DNA of 45,047 nucleotides from an uncultured Chthoniobacter sp. (GCA_964516705.1 CAZEYV010000095.1:1-45047); one strand, 5' to 3'; positions 26,530 to 35,536 are shown, counted from the stretch's first letter. Notes: generated by a model from the letters alone, not told the origin. Numbers and translations are program-made.

Positions 26530-28161
26530 GTGGACGAGGAAATTCCTCCCCGGATCATCGAGACGTGTTCCGCCTGCGGCGGTGCGATCGACGTCTCCGA
26601 CGAACTGCCCTTCGCGCAGATCTTCTGCCCGCATTGCGGCGAAGGGATGCGCGCGCGGCGCATGTGCAACAACTTCGAGTTGGTCGAGCTGATCGGCGAG
26701 GGCGGCATGGGGTCGGTTTTCAAGGCCTACGACCACAATCTCGGACGCATGGTCGCGCTCAAAGTTCTTCGCCGCGAAATGAGCGCCCGCGAGGACGAGC
26801 GGACCAAACTCGAGCAGGAGGCCCGCGTCACCGCGTCGGTCAACCACCCGCATGTCGTCCGCGTGTATTCGTTCGGCGAGGCGGACGGCCAATTTTACCT
26901 GGCGATGGAACTGGTCGAGAAAGGATCGCTCGACGACCTGATGTCCGTGCAGGAACGCGTATCGGAAGCGCAGGCCCTCGCCATCGGCGTGCAGATCGCG
27001 CAGGGACTCGAGGCGGCGGCCGAGAAGGGTCTCATCCACCGCGACGTCAAGCCGGGCAACATTCTGTTCGCCGACGCGCACACCACAAAGATCGTGGACT
27101 TCGGGCTGGCCCGCGTGCTCGAGGAGGAGGCGGAGGCGCGCGGCGAAATCTGGGGCACGCCTTATTACATCGCGCCGGAGCGCTTGAATTACGAACCGGA
27201 GGACTTCCGCAGCGACATCTACAGCCTGGGCGGCACTTTGTTCCACGCCATCGCCGGCCGTCCGCCCTTCGAGGCGGCAAGCGCGAGCCTCGTGGCGCTC
27301 AAGCAGATCAAGAGCCAACCGGTCAGTCTGGAGGCTTTCGCGCCCGATGTCGCGCCCGAGACGGCTTATGTGGTCAACCGCATGCTCGAGAAAAATCCCG
27401 CCGACCGCTACCCGTCCTACGCCGGGCTGATCGAACACTTGGAATTCGCGCGGGCCAAGGTGCTGGAGCGCGCGGGGCGGCCGCCGCAGGCGCACCGCGA
27501 GGTGGTCAAAGTGGAAACCAACCGTACCAGGCTTTACGCCGCTCTGATTTCCATCGCCGCCGCGCTCCTCCTGCTCGCCGCGGGGGTGTGGCTCTTCCTG
27601 GCCAGCGAGCGCCCGGAGATCAGGGAATTGCGCGCCGCGGTGCTCGGCGCCGGCGGCGAGGAGGTCGCGGCCGACCCGCTCGACCAGGCGCTCGCCGCGT
27701 TGGCCGCGGGCGATTGGTCCGCCGCCCGCGACGGCTTCCGGTCCGTGGCGGCGTCCGCCGCCCCGCGAAGCGAGCGTGCCCAATGGGCTTCCTTCAACCT
27801 CGCCCTCGCGCTGACCTTGTCGGGCGAGGCGGATGCGGCCCGCGACCAATGGCGGAGTTTGTCCCGCGCCGGTCTTTACTCCGACCAAGCGGAGGACCGT
27901 GACCTGGCCAATATGTTTCCCGATGCGGCGGACTTCGGCCTGCGCGGATTGCCGGTCAGGCTCGACGATCTCGGACGTTACCCGCAGGAGGGTCCGGGCT
28001 CGCTTGTCTTTTTTGTCGCGGGTGTGACCGACTGGTCCCTCGGGGACAAGGCGGAGGCGAAGCTTCTCCTCGCCCACTTCCTCGGGATTCCCGCCGCACC
28101 CGGTGTCGCCGGGTGGGAGAGCTACCGGCGGGTGGCCGAGCGGCTGATGGCCGAGGGTTAG
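26530..28161 (+). CDS. Ser/Thr protein kinase with N-terminal zinc ribbon, one TM helix and an extracytoplasmic C-terminal domain
   Basis: GTG start. CSACGG..CPHCG zinc ribbon. Kinase motifs GEGGMGSVFKA, HRDVKPGNILF, DFGLA and GTPYYIAPE. TM helix LYAALISIAAALLLLAAGVWLFL. Confidence 0.85.
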   Translation: MDEEIPPRIIETCSACGGAIDVSDELPFAQIFCPHCGEGMRARRMCNNFELVELIGEGGMGSVFKAYDHNLGRMVALKVLRREMSAREDERTKLEQEARVTASVNHPHVVRVYSFGEADGQFYLAMELVEKGSLDDLMSVQERVSEAQALAIGVQIAQGLEAAAEKGLIHRDVKPGNILFADAHTTKIVDFGLARVLEEEAEARGEIWGTPYYIAPERLNYEPEDFRSDIYSLGGTLFHAIAGRPPFEAASASLVALKQIKSQPVSLEAFAPDVAPETAYVVNRMLEKNPADRYPSYAGLIEHLEFARAKVLERAGRPPQAHREVVKVETNRTRLYAALISIAAALLLLAAGVWLFLASERPEIRELRAAVLGAGGEEVAADPLDQALAALAAGDWSAARDGFRSVAASAAPRSERAQWASFNLALALTLSGEADAARDQWRSLSRAGLYSDQAEDRDLANMFPDAADFGLRGLPVRLDDLGRYPQEGPGSLVFFVAGVTDWSLGDKAEAKLLLAHFLGIPAAPGVAGWESYRRVAERLMAEG

Positions 28162-28200
28162 CGGGTTTGCGCGGCGGGCGGACGCGGCTAAGGTGGCGGG

Positions 28201-29781
28201 ATGAGCGATCCTACTTTCCCGGGCCCCGACGAATTGCAGCGGCGGCTGCAGGCTTTTCTCCAATCGGCGTTCCAGCAACCCGGACGGCCTGCGGCGGCCG
28301 AACCCTCGGGGGCGCCGGAAGGCGAGGCGGTGCCCGGGGACGAGGTCCTTGATTTCAAACTGACGCCGCACGAGATCAAGGCGCACCTCGACCGGTTTGT
28401 CATAAAGCAGGACGAGGCCAAAAAGGTCCTCTCGATCGCGGTCTGCGACCACTACAACCACGCGAAATTCCTCCGCGAGCGGGAGCGCCGCGGCGAGACG
28501 GCGCCGGTCGAATACGCCAAGCAGAACGTCATCGTCACCGGTCCGACGGGCGTGGGCAAGACCTACCTTGTGCGCCACATCGCGGAGTTGATCGGCGTTC
28601 CTTTCGTCAAAGCCGATGCGACGAAATTCAGCGAGACGGGCTACGTGGGCGGGGACGTCGAGGACCTTGTGCGCGAGTTGGTGCAGAAAGCGGATGGCGA
28701 CATTGCCCGGGCCGAGCAGGGGATTGTTTACATCGACGAAATCGACAAGATCGCCACGTCCGGCAACATGATCGGTCGTGACGTGAGCGGGCGCGGGGTG
28801 CAGACGGCCCTGCTCAAGCTGATGGAGGAGACCGAGGTGCCTTTGCGCAATCCGATGGACCTCGCGGGGCAGATGCAGGCGGTCATGGACCTGCAGCGCG
28901 GCGGCAAGCCCGGGCGCCAGTCGGTCAACACGCGCAGCATTCTTTTCATTGTCAGCGGCGCGTTTCCGCGGCTGAAGGACATCGTCGAAAAGCGCCGCAA
29001 GCAGGCGCAGATCGGTTTCGCCGCGCCGGTGGACGCCGGTAGCGGGCCCGCGTGGCAGCATGGGGTGACCACGGCCGACCTCATCGAATACGGGATGGAG
29101 GCGGAATTTGTCGGACGCCTTCCGGTGCGGGTGGCCTGCGACGAACTGACGGCGGCGGATCTGCGGAGGATTTTGTCCGAGTCCGAAGGCAGTGTCTTGC
29201 GTCAATACGAGCGGGCTTTCCTCGCCTTCGGCATCGAGGCGGTTTTCGACGAGGGGGCCTTGGACCGCATCGCGGCGCTGGCCGCGGAGGAGGGGACCGG
29301 AGCGCGCGGCCTGCTCACGGTGTGCGAACGTTTGCTCCGCGACTTCAAGTTCGATTTGCCGGGGTCGGGGGTGAACTCGCTGCGCATCGACCTGGACCTC
29401 ATCGAGCGTCCGGCGGAGCGCCTGGCGCAATTGCGCGCCAGCGGCGAGCACGAACGCCGGCGCATCCTGCGGCGCAGTGCGCAGGATTTCATCGAACGGC
29501 TCGGGCAGGCGCAGGGGATCGTGCTGCAGTTCGCGCCCGCGGCGCTCGAGTTGCTCGTGGAGACGGCTGTGGCCCGGCAAAAGCCGGTGCGGGAGCTTTG
29601 CGCGGAGCTGTTCAAAGATTACGAGTTCGGTCTCCGTCTGGTGCAGCGTCCGGCCGGGGGTGGTCCGCTCGTCCTCCCGCGGGAAGCGGTGGAGGCGCCC
29701 GACAAGTTCTTGAGCGATCTGGTCGTGCGGGCCTATGGTCAGAGTTCAACCGATGAACCGCCCGCTGGCTCTGCATCTTAA
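28201..29781 (+). CDS. ClpX-family AAA+ ATPase paralog lacking the N-terminal zinc-binding domain
   Basis: LTPHEIKAHLDRFVIKQDEAKKVLSIAV, Walker A GPTGVGKT, pore loop TGYVGGDVE, Walker B IVYIDEIDK, RDVSGRGVQTALLKLME, an IGF tripeptide (nt 29011-29019) and sensor-2 GARGL. There is no Cys cluster at the N-terminus. About 130 extra C-terminal residues. Confidence 0.8.
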   Translation: MSDPTFPGPDELQRRLQAFLQSAFQQPGRPAAAEPSGAPEGEAVPGDEVLDFKLTPHEIKAHLDRFVIKQDEAKKVLSIAVCDHYNHAKFLRERERRGETAPVEYAKQNVIVTGPTGVGKTYLVRHIAELIGVPFVKADATKFSETGYVGGDVEDLVRELVQKADGDIARAEQGIVYIDEIDKIATSGNMIGRDVSGRGVQTALLKLMEETEVPLRNPMDLAGQMQAVMDLQRGGKPGRQSVNTRSILFIVSGAFPRLKDIVEKRRKQAQIGFAAPVDAGSGPAWQHGVTTADLIEYGMEAEFVGRLPVRVACDELTAADLRRILSESEGSVLRQYERAFLAFGIEAVFDEGALDRIAALAAEEGTGARGLLTVCERLLRDFKFDLPGSGVNSLRIDLDLIERPAERLAQLRASGEHERRRILRRSAQDFIERLGQAQGIVLQFAPAALELLVETAVARQKPVRELCAELFKDYEFGLRLVQRPAGGGPLVLPREAVEAPDKFLSDLVVRAYGQSSTDEPPAGSAS

Positions 29782-30895
29782 GGCCGCGCTCCTTTGCGCG
29801 CTCGTGGCCATCGTGCTCGCGTTGCCGCTGCTCTGGGTGCCGGTGCTGCTTCCTGCCTGGCAAGGTTGGCGTCCGCCGGTGGTCAGTCCGGTCGCGGAAG
29901 CCATTCTTGCCGTCATCATGGCCTTGGCCGTGGCGTGGTGCGTGGTCGACATCCCGCGGCGCGGGCTCAAGGTTCTCATTTGGCTGGCCACCTTGTGGTT
30001 GTTGGGCGGCGGAATCTGGCTGGCCGGGCTCTACGGGTATCCGGCGAGTTCCCTCGTGCCGCTCACCGCGGCCGGACTGGCCGGTGCGGTCGCGCTGGGT
30101 TTCTCCTTCACCCCGGCGGGTTCGCGCCGGGCACGGTGGCAGTCGCTGGTCGGCGGGCGTGTCTCCCCGGAATTCCTGCGCTCGCGCATCGACGAGCGCC
30201 ATCTCGAGGATGGTCCGCGCAGCGAGGTGCTGGCGGTGGCCGAAGTGCTCTGGCCCGGTCATGCCGATGGTGATCATGCCGCTTGGCAAAGTTTGGCCGG
30301 GCTGTCCGAACGCGCGGCGCGGCATTTCCAACGGACGGGCGGCTACCTCGAGCGCTGCGATGGCGAGGGTGCGCTTGTTGCCTTCGGGATGTGGGGTCAA
30401 CCGTCCGAGGCCCGGGAGGTGGTCGGCTCCCTCTGGCAATGGGTCCGGGAGGCGGGCGGTTGCGCGGCGTTGACCCGCGGCGAGTGCCTTGCCGGGGTCG
30501 GGCAATTTCCCGGCGGCGCGCGTTGGACGGTCGGTGGTCTGCCCTTGCGCCGGGCACGCCGGATGGCTGCGGCGGCGCGGGGTTACGCGGCGCGCGTGCT
30601 GGTCGAGGAGTCGTTGGCCGCCGAGGTGACCGAAGATTGGCGGTCGCGGCGGCTGGCTTGGTGCGAATTCGACGGCGACCGTGTCCTCCTGCACGAAATC
30701 ACCGGGCCGGCGGAGAGCGAGGCGAAAGACGAACGTGCAGGCCAGTGGGACAGCGGTTGGGACGCTTTCTGGGCGGGGCAGTGGGCCGAGGCCGAAAATG
30801 CTTTCGCCGCGTTGGCGCGCGAGCAGGACGATGCGGCCGCACGGGTCTTCGCCCTGCGCAGCGCGGCGGCGCGCCGCACCGCGGGCCGGTCGTGA
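29753..30895 (+). CDS. Multi-pass membrane protein with a degenerate class III nucleotidyl-cyclase-like domain and helical tail
   Basis: Four or five N-terminal hydrophobic segments. The cytoplasmic part aligns by eye with cyclase homology domains (VLAVAEVLWPG; CDGEGALVAFGMWG; RGECLAGVG; TVGGLPLRRARRM). The start is uncertain: ATG 29753 overlaps the upstream gene by 29 nt, and GTG 29804 is an alternative. Confidence 0.5.
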   Translation: MNRPLALHLKAALLCALVAIVLALPLLWVPVLLPAWQGWRPPVVSPVAEAILAVIMALAVAWCVVDIPRRGLKVLIWLATLWLLGGGIWLAGLYGYPASSLVPLTAAGLAGAVALGFSFTPAGSRRARWQSLVGGRVSPEFLRSRIDERHLEDGPRSEVLAVAEVLWPGHADGDHAAWQSLAGLSERAARHFQRTGGYLERCDGEGALVAFGMWGQPSEAREVVGSLWQWVREAGGCAALTRGECLAGVGQFPGGARWTVGGLPLRRARRMAAAARGYAARVLVEESLAAEVTEDWRSRRLAWCEFDGDRVLLHEITGPAESEAKDERAGQWDSGWDAFWAGQWAEAENAFAALAREQDDAAARVFALRSAAARRTAGRS

Positions 30896-31500
30896 AGACG
30901 GCGGACCATCCCCAGCCTTTCAAGGCCCTGGTGCGCGAATTGCGGCGCCTGCCCGGGGTGGGGCCGCGCAGTGCGGAACGCATGGCCCTGTGGTTGCTCG
31001 AGGATGCGGAACGTCCCTCGACCCTGGCGGAGACGCTCGGCGCGGCGCGCGAGAGCTTGCGCCACTGCGCGGACTGCGGATTTTTCAGCGTGGAAGCCAG
31101 GTGCGTGATTTGCGTGGAAGACGGACGCGAATCGTTGCTCTGCGTGGTGGAGCGGGCGACGGATATTTTGCCGATCGAACGTTCCGGCGCCTACCGGGGA
31201 CTCTACCATGCACTGGGCGGACGCCTCTCGCCGCTCGAGCACGTGGGGCCGGAGGATCTGCGGCTGGCGGAATTGACCGCGCGGTTGGAGCGTGGTGCTT
31301 TCACCGAGGTGATTTTGGCGTTGAGCACGGATGTGGAAGGCGAGGCAACGGCGAATTACCTCGCGGACCTCCTGGCACCGCGCGGCGTGCGCGTTTCGCG
31401 CCTGGCGCAGGGCATGCCGGCCGGCGGCGGGTTGGAGCATGCGGACGAACTCACCTTGGCCCGCGCTTTGGCCGGCCGGCGGCGCGCGGGGGAGCAGTGA
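30892..31500 (+). CDS. recR: Recombination protein RecR
   Basis: GTG 30892 overlaps the upstream stop (GTGA). LPGVGPRSAERMA helix-hairpin-helix, C4 zinc finger CADCG..CVIC, Toprim region (VVERATD), and the C-terminal GMPAGGGLEHADELTLARAL. Confidence 0.9.
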   Translation: MKTADHPQPFKALVRELRRLPGVGPRSAERMALWLLEDAERPSTLAETLGAARESLRHCADCGFFSVEARCVICVEDGRESLLCVVERATDILPIERSGAYRGLYHALGGRLSPLEHVGPEDLRLAELTARLERGAFTEVILALSTDVEGEATANYLADLLAPRGVRVSRLAQGMPAGGGLEHADELTLARALAGRRRAGEQ

Positions 31501-32462
31501 TACCACGGGCGGCCGTCTTCACGCTGTGGCTCGCGGCCGGCGTGGCGCAGGCGACGGACGTGGCGCCGTCCGGACTGGCCCATGCTGCGGCTTATTCCGC
31601 ATCGAAGGGGGAGACCGGGCTGCTGGTCTGGCAGGGTGGACGGACCATTTTCGAGCGGGAGCGGAATCCGGCGCCGCCGCCGCCGAGGGTTTTCAGCATC
31701 ACTAAAAGTCTGGTCTCGATCGGCGTGATCCGCGAGGCCAAGGCTGGCGGGTTGTCTCTCGGGCAAGCGGCGACCCACCGTGCAGCGCGGGGCGCGGTGT
31801 TGGCCGAGTTGCTCAACCAGACCTCGGGTTTGCCGCCGGCACACCGCGAATTTTATGGGCAGGGTTTGCGGGACAAGCAACCGGTGCTGGACAAGTTGCG
31901 TCGCGGTGGCAGCGGACGTTTCGTCTACGGTCCGTCGCACTGGGAAGTGCTGGCCGAGGAAATCCGGCCCCGGCGCGGTTCGTCGCTCGAGGGTTGGATC
32001 CGGAAATTCGTGCCGGGCGCGCGGGCCGAGGCGGTGGCGCGATGGACGCGGGACGGCAAGGGACGGTTTTTCTTTTCGACGGGTGCGAGGATGGATGCGC
32101 CGGGGTTGCTGCCGGCGGGACGGGAAGTGCTGGCCGGAATGCGGCGCGCGAAGTGGCCGCGCGACGTGCGGGCGCTCTTGGTCGGCGGCACGGAGGCAAA
32201 CCGGATGTATGCCCTGGGTTTCTGGCTGAACCGCGGTTCGCGGGAAATCGACGTGGAATCGGCGCTGGGTCGCGAGCAGAGTGCCGAGTTTTGGCGCGAA
32301 GGATGCGTGAGCCGTTCTGCCCCGCCCGACCTGCTGACCATGGTCGGCGCGCGGGGCCAGCGCGTTTACGCGGTTCCATCCCGCGATTTGGTCGTCATCC
32401 GCCTCGGGGACGGGTGGGGATTTTCCGATGCGGAATTTTTGCGCCGTCTCTTCGGTGCGTGA
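31497..32462 (+). CDS. Serine hydrolase, beta-lactamase/PBP-like family
   Basis: GTG 31497 overlaps the recR stop (GTGA). Signal-like N-terminus and an SxxK motif (FSITKSL). The rest of the family call is weak. Confidence 0.6.
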   Translation: MIPRAAVFTLWLAAGVAQATDVAPSGLAHAAAYSASKGETGLLVWQGGRTIFERERNPAPPPPRVFSITKSLVSIGVIREAKAGGLSLGQAATHRAARGAVLAELLNQTSGLPPAHREFYGQGLRDKQPVLDKLRRGGSGRFVYGPSHWEVLAEEIRPRRGSSLEGWIRKFVPGARAEAVARWTRDGKGRFFFSTGARMDAPGLLPAGREVLAGMRRAKWPRDVRALLVGGTEANRMYALGFWLNRGSREIDVESALGREQSAEFWREGCVSRSAPPDLLTMVGARGQRVYAVPSRDLVVIRLGDGWGFSDAEFLRRLFGA

Positions 32463-32465
32463 GCT

Positions 32466-33578
32466 TCAATAACCCGGCGGGAGGGCGGGCAAAGCGCGCG
32501 GGGCGGCGTCCGGCGGCAAGGCCACGAGCAAGGTGGATTCCCCGCGCTGCCAGCGGTAACCGAAACCGAAGGGCAGGGGGAACACGGCATCGCCTTCGTA
32601 AGCGGAACGGAGGGAGGTCTGGTCGTATTTGGCGAAAATCTCGAGCGGGGTGGTGTAGGCGCCGAAATAAATGACGCGCCAGTCCCGGTCGCGGAAGACG
32701 GACAACGGGATTCCCGAATCGTCCTGCACAATGGCCGAGCAGTGTCCGAGCAGGAAGTCGCGCATGGTTGTGAATCCGCCGGTGTGCATGAGGTAGGACG
32801 CGGCTTTGAGGTATCCGGTGGCGGGTCCTTGCGCTTTGAGCCATTCAAGAACACCGGCGTTCGAGGCGAGGGCGCTGTCGGCGAGGTTGGCCTGCAGGTA
32901 GACGACTTCGGCCGGAGGCATGCCGGGTGCGGGGCGGAAAACAATGCGCAGGGCGGGCTGGCCGCCGGAGGATTCGCCCGGGGCGAGGGTGCCGTCGCGT
33001 TGCAGCGTGAGTCGCTCGGCCAGATCGATGCGGGCATCGGTGAAGGAAAGGAAGACCAGCATGATGGGAAACACGCCCTGGAAATGGGACGCGGCCAGCT
33101 CGGTTTTCATGTCTTTCGTGATGAAATGGCTGAAGTTCATGATCACCTCGGTCGATTTGCGCAGCATGGCGAGGCTGGCATGGAGTTCCTCGGGCGTGAG
33201 GGAGAGCGGATTGGTCAGCTGGCCGACGGGTTCGAGTCCGCCCAGGGCGTAGGCCTGCGCCGCAGGAAAAAGGGCCAGCGGGCTGACGAGGTCCGGACCG
33301 CCGAACATATATGTGACCCGGGACGTGGGTCCGATGCGGGGTGACAACTCGGCCGCCGACCACGAACGCATGGGCGCGAAGTAAAGATCGTCATAGCGAT
33401 ACCACTGCGCGGCGTATTCGCGGGCGTGCTGGCGGTATTCGGGGGACTCCTGCAGGGCGGCCAGGGGACTCCGCGGGGGAAGTGCCCGTCCGGCCAGGAA
33501 TGCCCCCAACTCGGTCGGCGACACGGCGACGGCGGGAGCCGTCAGCACGAGCAGGCAGACCGCGAGGTGTCGCTTCAT
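32466..33578 (-). CDS. Secreted conserved hypothetical protein
   Basis: ATG 33578 makes an ATGA overlap with the permease stop. Signal peptide MKRHLAVCLLVLTAPAVAVSP. Motifs such as YMFGGPD, GGLEPVG, KAASYLMH, QDDSGIPL and FGFGY suggest a conserved family of unknown function, from memory only. Confidence 0.6.
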   Translation of the reverse strand: MKRHLAVCLLVLTAPAVAVSPTELGAFLAGRALPPRSPLAALQESPEYRQHAREYAAQWYRYDDLYFAPMRSWSAAELSPRIGPTSRVTYMFGGPDLVSPLALFPAAQAYALGGLEPVGQLTNPLSLTPEELHASLAMLRKSTEVIMNFSHFITKDMKTELAASHFQGVFPIMLVFLSFTDARIDLAERLTLQRDGTLAPGESSGGQPALRIVFRPAPGMPPAEVVYLQANLADSALASNAGVLEWLKAQGPATGYLKAASYLMHTGGFTTMRDFLLGHCSAIVQDDSGIPLSVFRDRDWRVIYFGAYTTPLEIFAKYDQTSLRSAYEGDAVFPLPFGFGYRWQRGESTLLVALPPDAAPRALPALPPGY

Positions 33579-34873
33579 CGGTGCTGTTTTTGCCTTGCCG
33601 CGACCAAGCGGTAAATGACCAATCCCGCGGCGAGCGTGAGGGCGCCGCAGCCGGCCTCGAGCGGTTTCACCGTGGCCGTGTAGATCAGGGCGAAAGCGCT
33701 GATGGAGAGAAAAAGAAGGGGAGGCAAGGGGTAGAGCGGGACGCGGAAAGGACGCGGAAGATCGGGTTGGGTGAAGCGATAGACCACCACGCCAAGGACG
33801 GTGAGAAAACTGCAAGCGAGCAGCGCGAACTGGGTGTAAAGGAGCACCTGCGCGAAGCTTGAGGTGAACAGGAGCACGAGGCTCAGCAGACTCTGCGCCA
33901 GCACCGCGGCGGCGGGGATGCCGGAAGCGGTGCGCAGGCGCAGCCAACCGAGCGCTTGCGGATAATCCTCGCCGATGGCCATGGCCACGCGGGGGCCGGC
34001 CCAGATCATGGCGCTGATGGCGGAGACAAGGCCGAGGGCGATGACCGCGGCGACCAGTCGTCCGCCCGCGGCGCCGAAAACGCTCTCCGCGGCCACTTGG
34101 GCGACATTGAGTTGCCCGGCCAGCGCGCCGGCGGGTGCGACATGCAGGAAGGCGGCATTGAGTCCGAGGTAGAGAACCATGACCAGCAGCGTGCCGGCGG
34201 CCAGGGCAACGGGAATGACGCGGCCCGGCGTCCGCACTTCACCGAGGATATACGTGGCGGCGTTCCAGCCGGAGTAGGCATAAAGGGTGAACATGAGCGA
34301 AACGGCAAACGGTGCAGTCAGCAGGTGGGACGACCAAGGTGCCGCCGGGGTCGCCGGCGCGGCCGGCGCCGCGAAAAGAGCGACGAGGAGGAAGAGCACG
34401 AGGGCGATCTTCAGCGTGGTGAAGAAGACCTGGAACACGCTGCTGACGCGCAGATTGCGCAAATGCACGAGCGTGACGATGACCACCACGGCGACGGAGG
34501 CCGGGGCCGGTTGGAGGCCGGGGAAGACGCCTTGGAGGTATGATCCGAAGGCCATGGCACTGAGTGCCACCGGGGCGGCGAAACCGACGACGATTGAAAC
34601 CACGCCGGCCATGAATCCGAGGGACGGATGGTAGATCCGGCCGAGGAAGTGGTATTCCCCGCCGGAGCGGGGGAGCGCGGCCGAGAGTTCCGCGTAGCAA
34701 AGGGCGCCGCACAATGCGAGGATGCCGCCGAGCGTCCAGAGCACCATGATAGCCGGATGGGAGGGGATGGCCGCGACCTGGAAGCCGAGGCTGGTGAAAA
34801 TTCCCGTCCCGACCATGTTGGCCACCACCAAGGCGACACAGGTGGCGAGCCCCACGGACCGGGGTGTGGTCAT
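33575..34873 (-). CDS. APC-superfamily amino acid permease
   Basis: ATG 34873. About 12 hydrophobic segments. The N-terminal signature VANMVGTGIFTSLG..LCYAELSAALPRSGGEYHF is typical of APC transporters. Confidence 0.8.
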   Translation of the reverse strand: MTTPRSVGLATCVALVVANMVGTGIFTSLGFQVAAIPSHPAIMVLWTLGGILALCGALCYAELSAALPRSGGEYHFLGRIYHPSLGFMAGVVSIVVGFAAPVALSAMAFGSYLQGVFPGLQPAPASVAVVVIVTLVHLRNLRVSSVFQVFFTTLKIALVLFLLVALFAAPAAPATPAAPWSSHLLTAPFAVSLMFTLYAYSGWNAATYILGEVRTPGRVIPVALAAGTLLVMVLYLGLNAAFLHVAPAGALAGQLNVAQVAAESVFGAAGGRLVAAVIALGLVSAISAMIWAGPRVAMAIGEDYPQALGWLRLRTASGIPAAAVLAQSLLSLVLLFTSSFAQVLLYTQFALLACSFLTVLGVVVYRFTQPDLPRPFRVPLYPLPPLLFLSISAFALIYTATVKPLEAGCGALTLAAGLVIYRLVAARQKQHR

Positions 34874-34933
34874 GGCCGGCGGCCAGCTTGCGCTTGATTC
34901 GGCATGACAAGGACTCCTAGCATGCCGAGACCC

Positions 34934-35530
34934 ATGAGTTCCATCATCTTCCGTCGTTTTCTGGCTGACCCGTTGAAGATTGCTTATGTGGTGCCCAGCT
35001 CCAAATCCCTCGTCCGCCGCGTGCTTGGCAAAATGGATTTCCAGCGCGCCAAGGTGGTGGTCGAATTCGGCGGGGGCGAGGGCTGCTACACGCGGGAACT
35101 GGCCGAACGGCTGGCCCCGGATGCACGGCTGCTCGTTTTCGAGTTGGACGAGCATCTGGCCGAGCATTTGCGCAAGCAATTCCGCGACGACGACCGGGTG
35201 CTTGTCTACGAGAAGGACGCCGCCACGTTCCGCGACGAGTTGCGCGAGTTGGGTATCCTCGAGGCGGACTACGTTATATCAGGCATCCCTTTCAGCTACC
35301 TCGAGCCGAAAAAGAAGAAAGAAATCCTGCGCGCCGTCCACGAGGGACTGAAACCCGACGGGCAGTTCATTGTCTACCAAGTGACCCCGGAACTCAAAGG
35401 TCACACCCGCATGTTCGCGGCCCACGAGGTGGAATACTTCCTGGCCAACATCCCGCCGATGTTCATCGTGGCCTGCCACAAGTCGGAGATCACGCTGCAG
35501 CCCAAGCGGCGCGAGACGGCGCACGCTTGA
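34934..35530 (+). CDS. Class I SAM-dependent methyltransferase (COG3963-like, phospholipid N-methyltransferase/rRNA adenine MTase-like)
   Basis: The N-terminus FRRFLADPLKIAYVVPSSKSLVRRVL and the motif VVEFGGGEGCYT are typical of this family. Start taken at ATG 34934. Substrate unknown. Confidence 0.65.
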   Translation: MSSIIFRRFLADPLKIAYVVPSSKSLVRRVLGKMDFQRAKVVVEFGGGEGCYTRELAERLAPDARLLVFELDEHLAEHLRKQFRDDDRVLVYEKDAATFRDELRELGILEADYVISGIPFSYLEPKKKKEILRAVHEGLKPDGQFIVYQVTPELKGHTRMFAAHEVEYFLANIPPMFIVACHKSEITLQPKRRETAHA

Positions 35531-35536
35531 TGCGCT

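Noticed and set aside
26347-29580. 1077-aa ORF on the minus strand spanning the kinase and ClpX-like genes
   Set aside because: It is antisense to two genes with unmistakable family motifs. Its translation is low-complexity and Arg/Leu/Gly/Asp-rich, as expected for the reverse frame of high-G+C coding DNA, and has no recognisable motifs.
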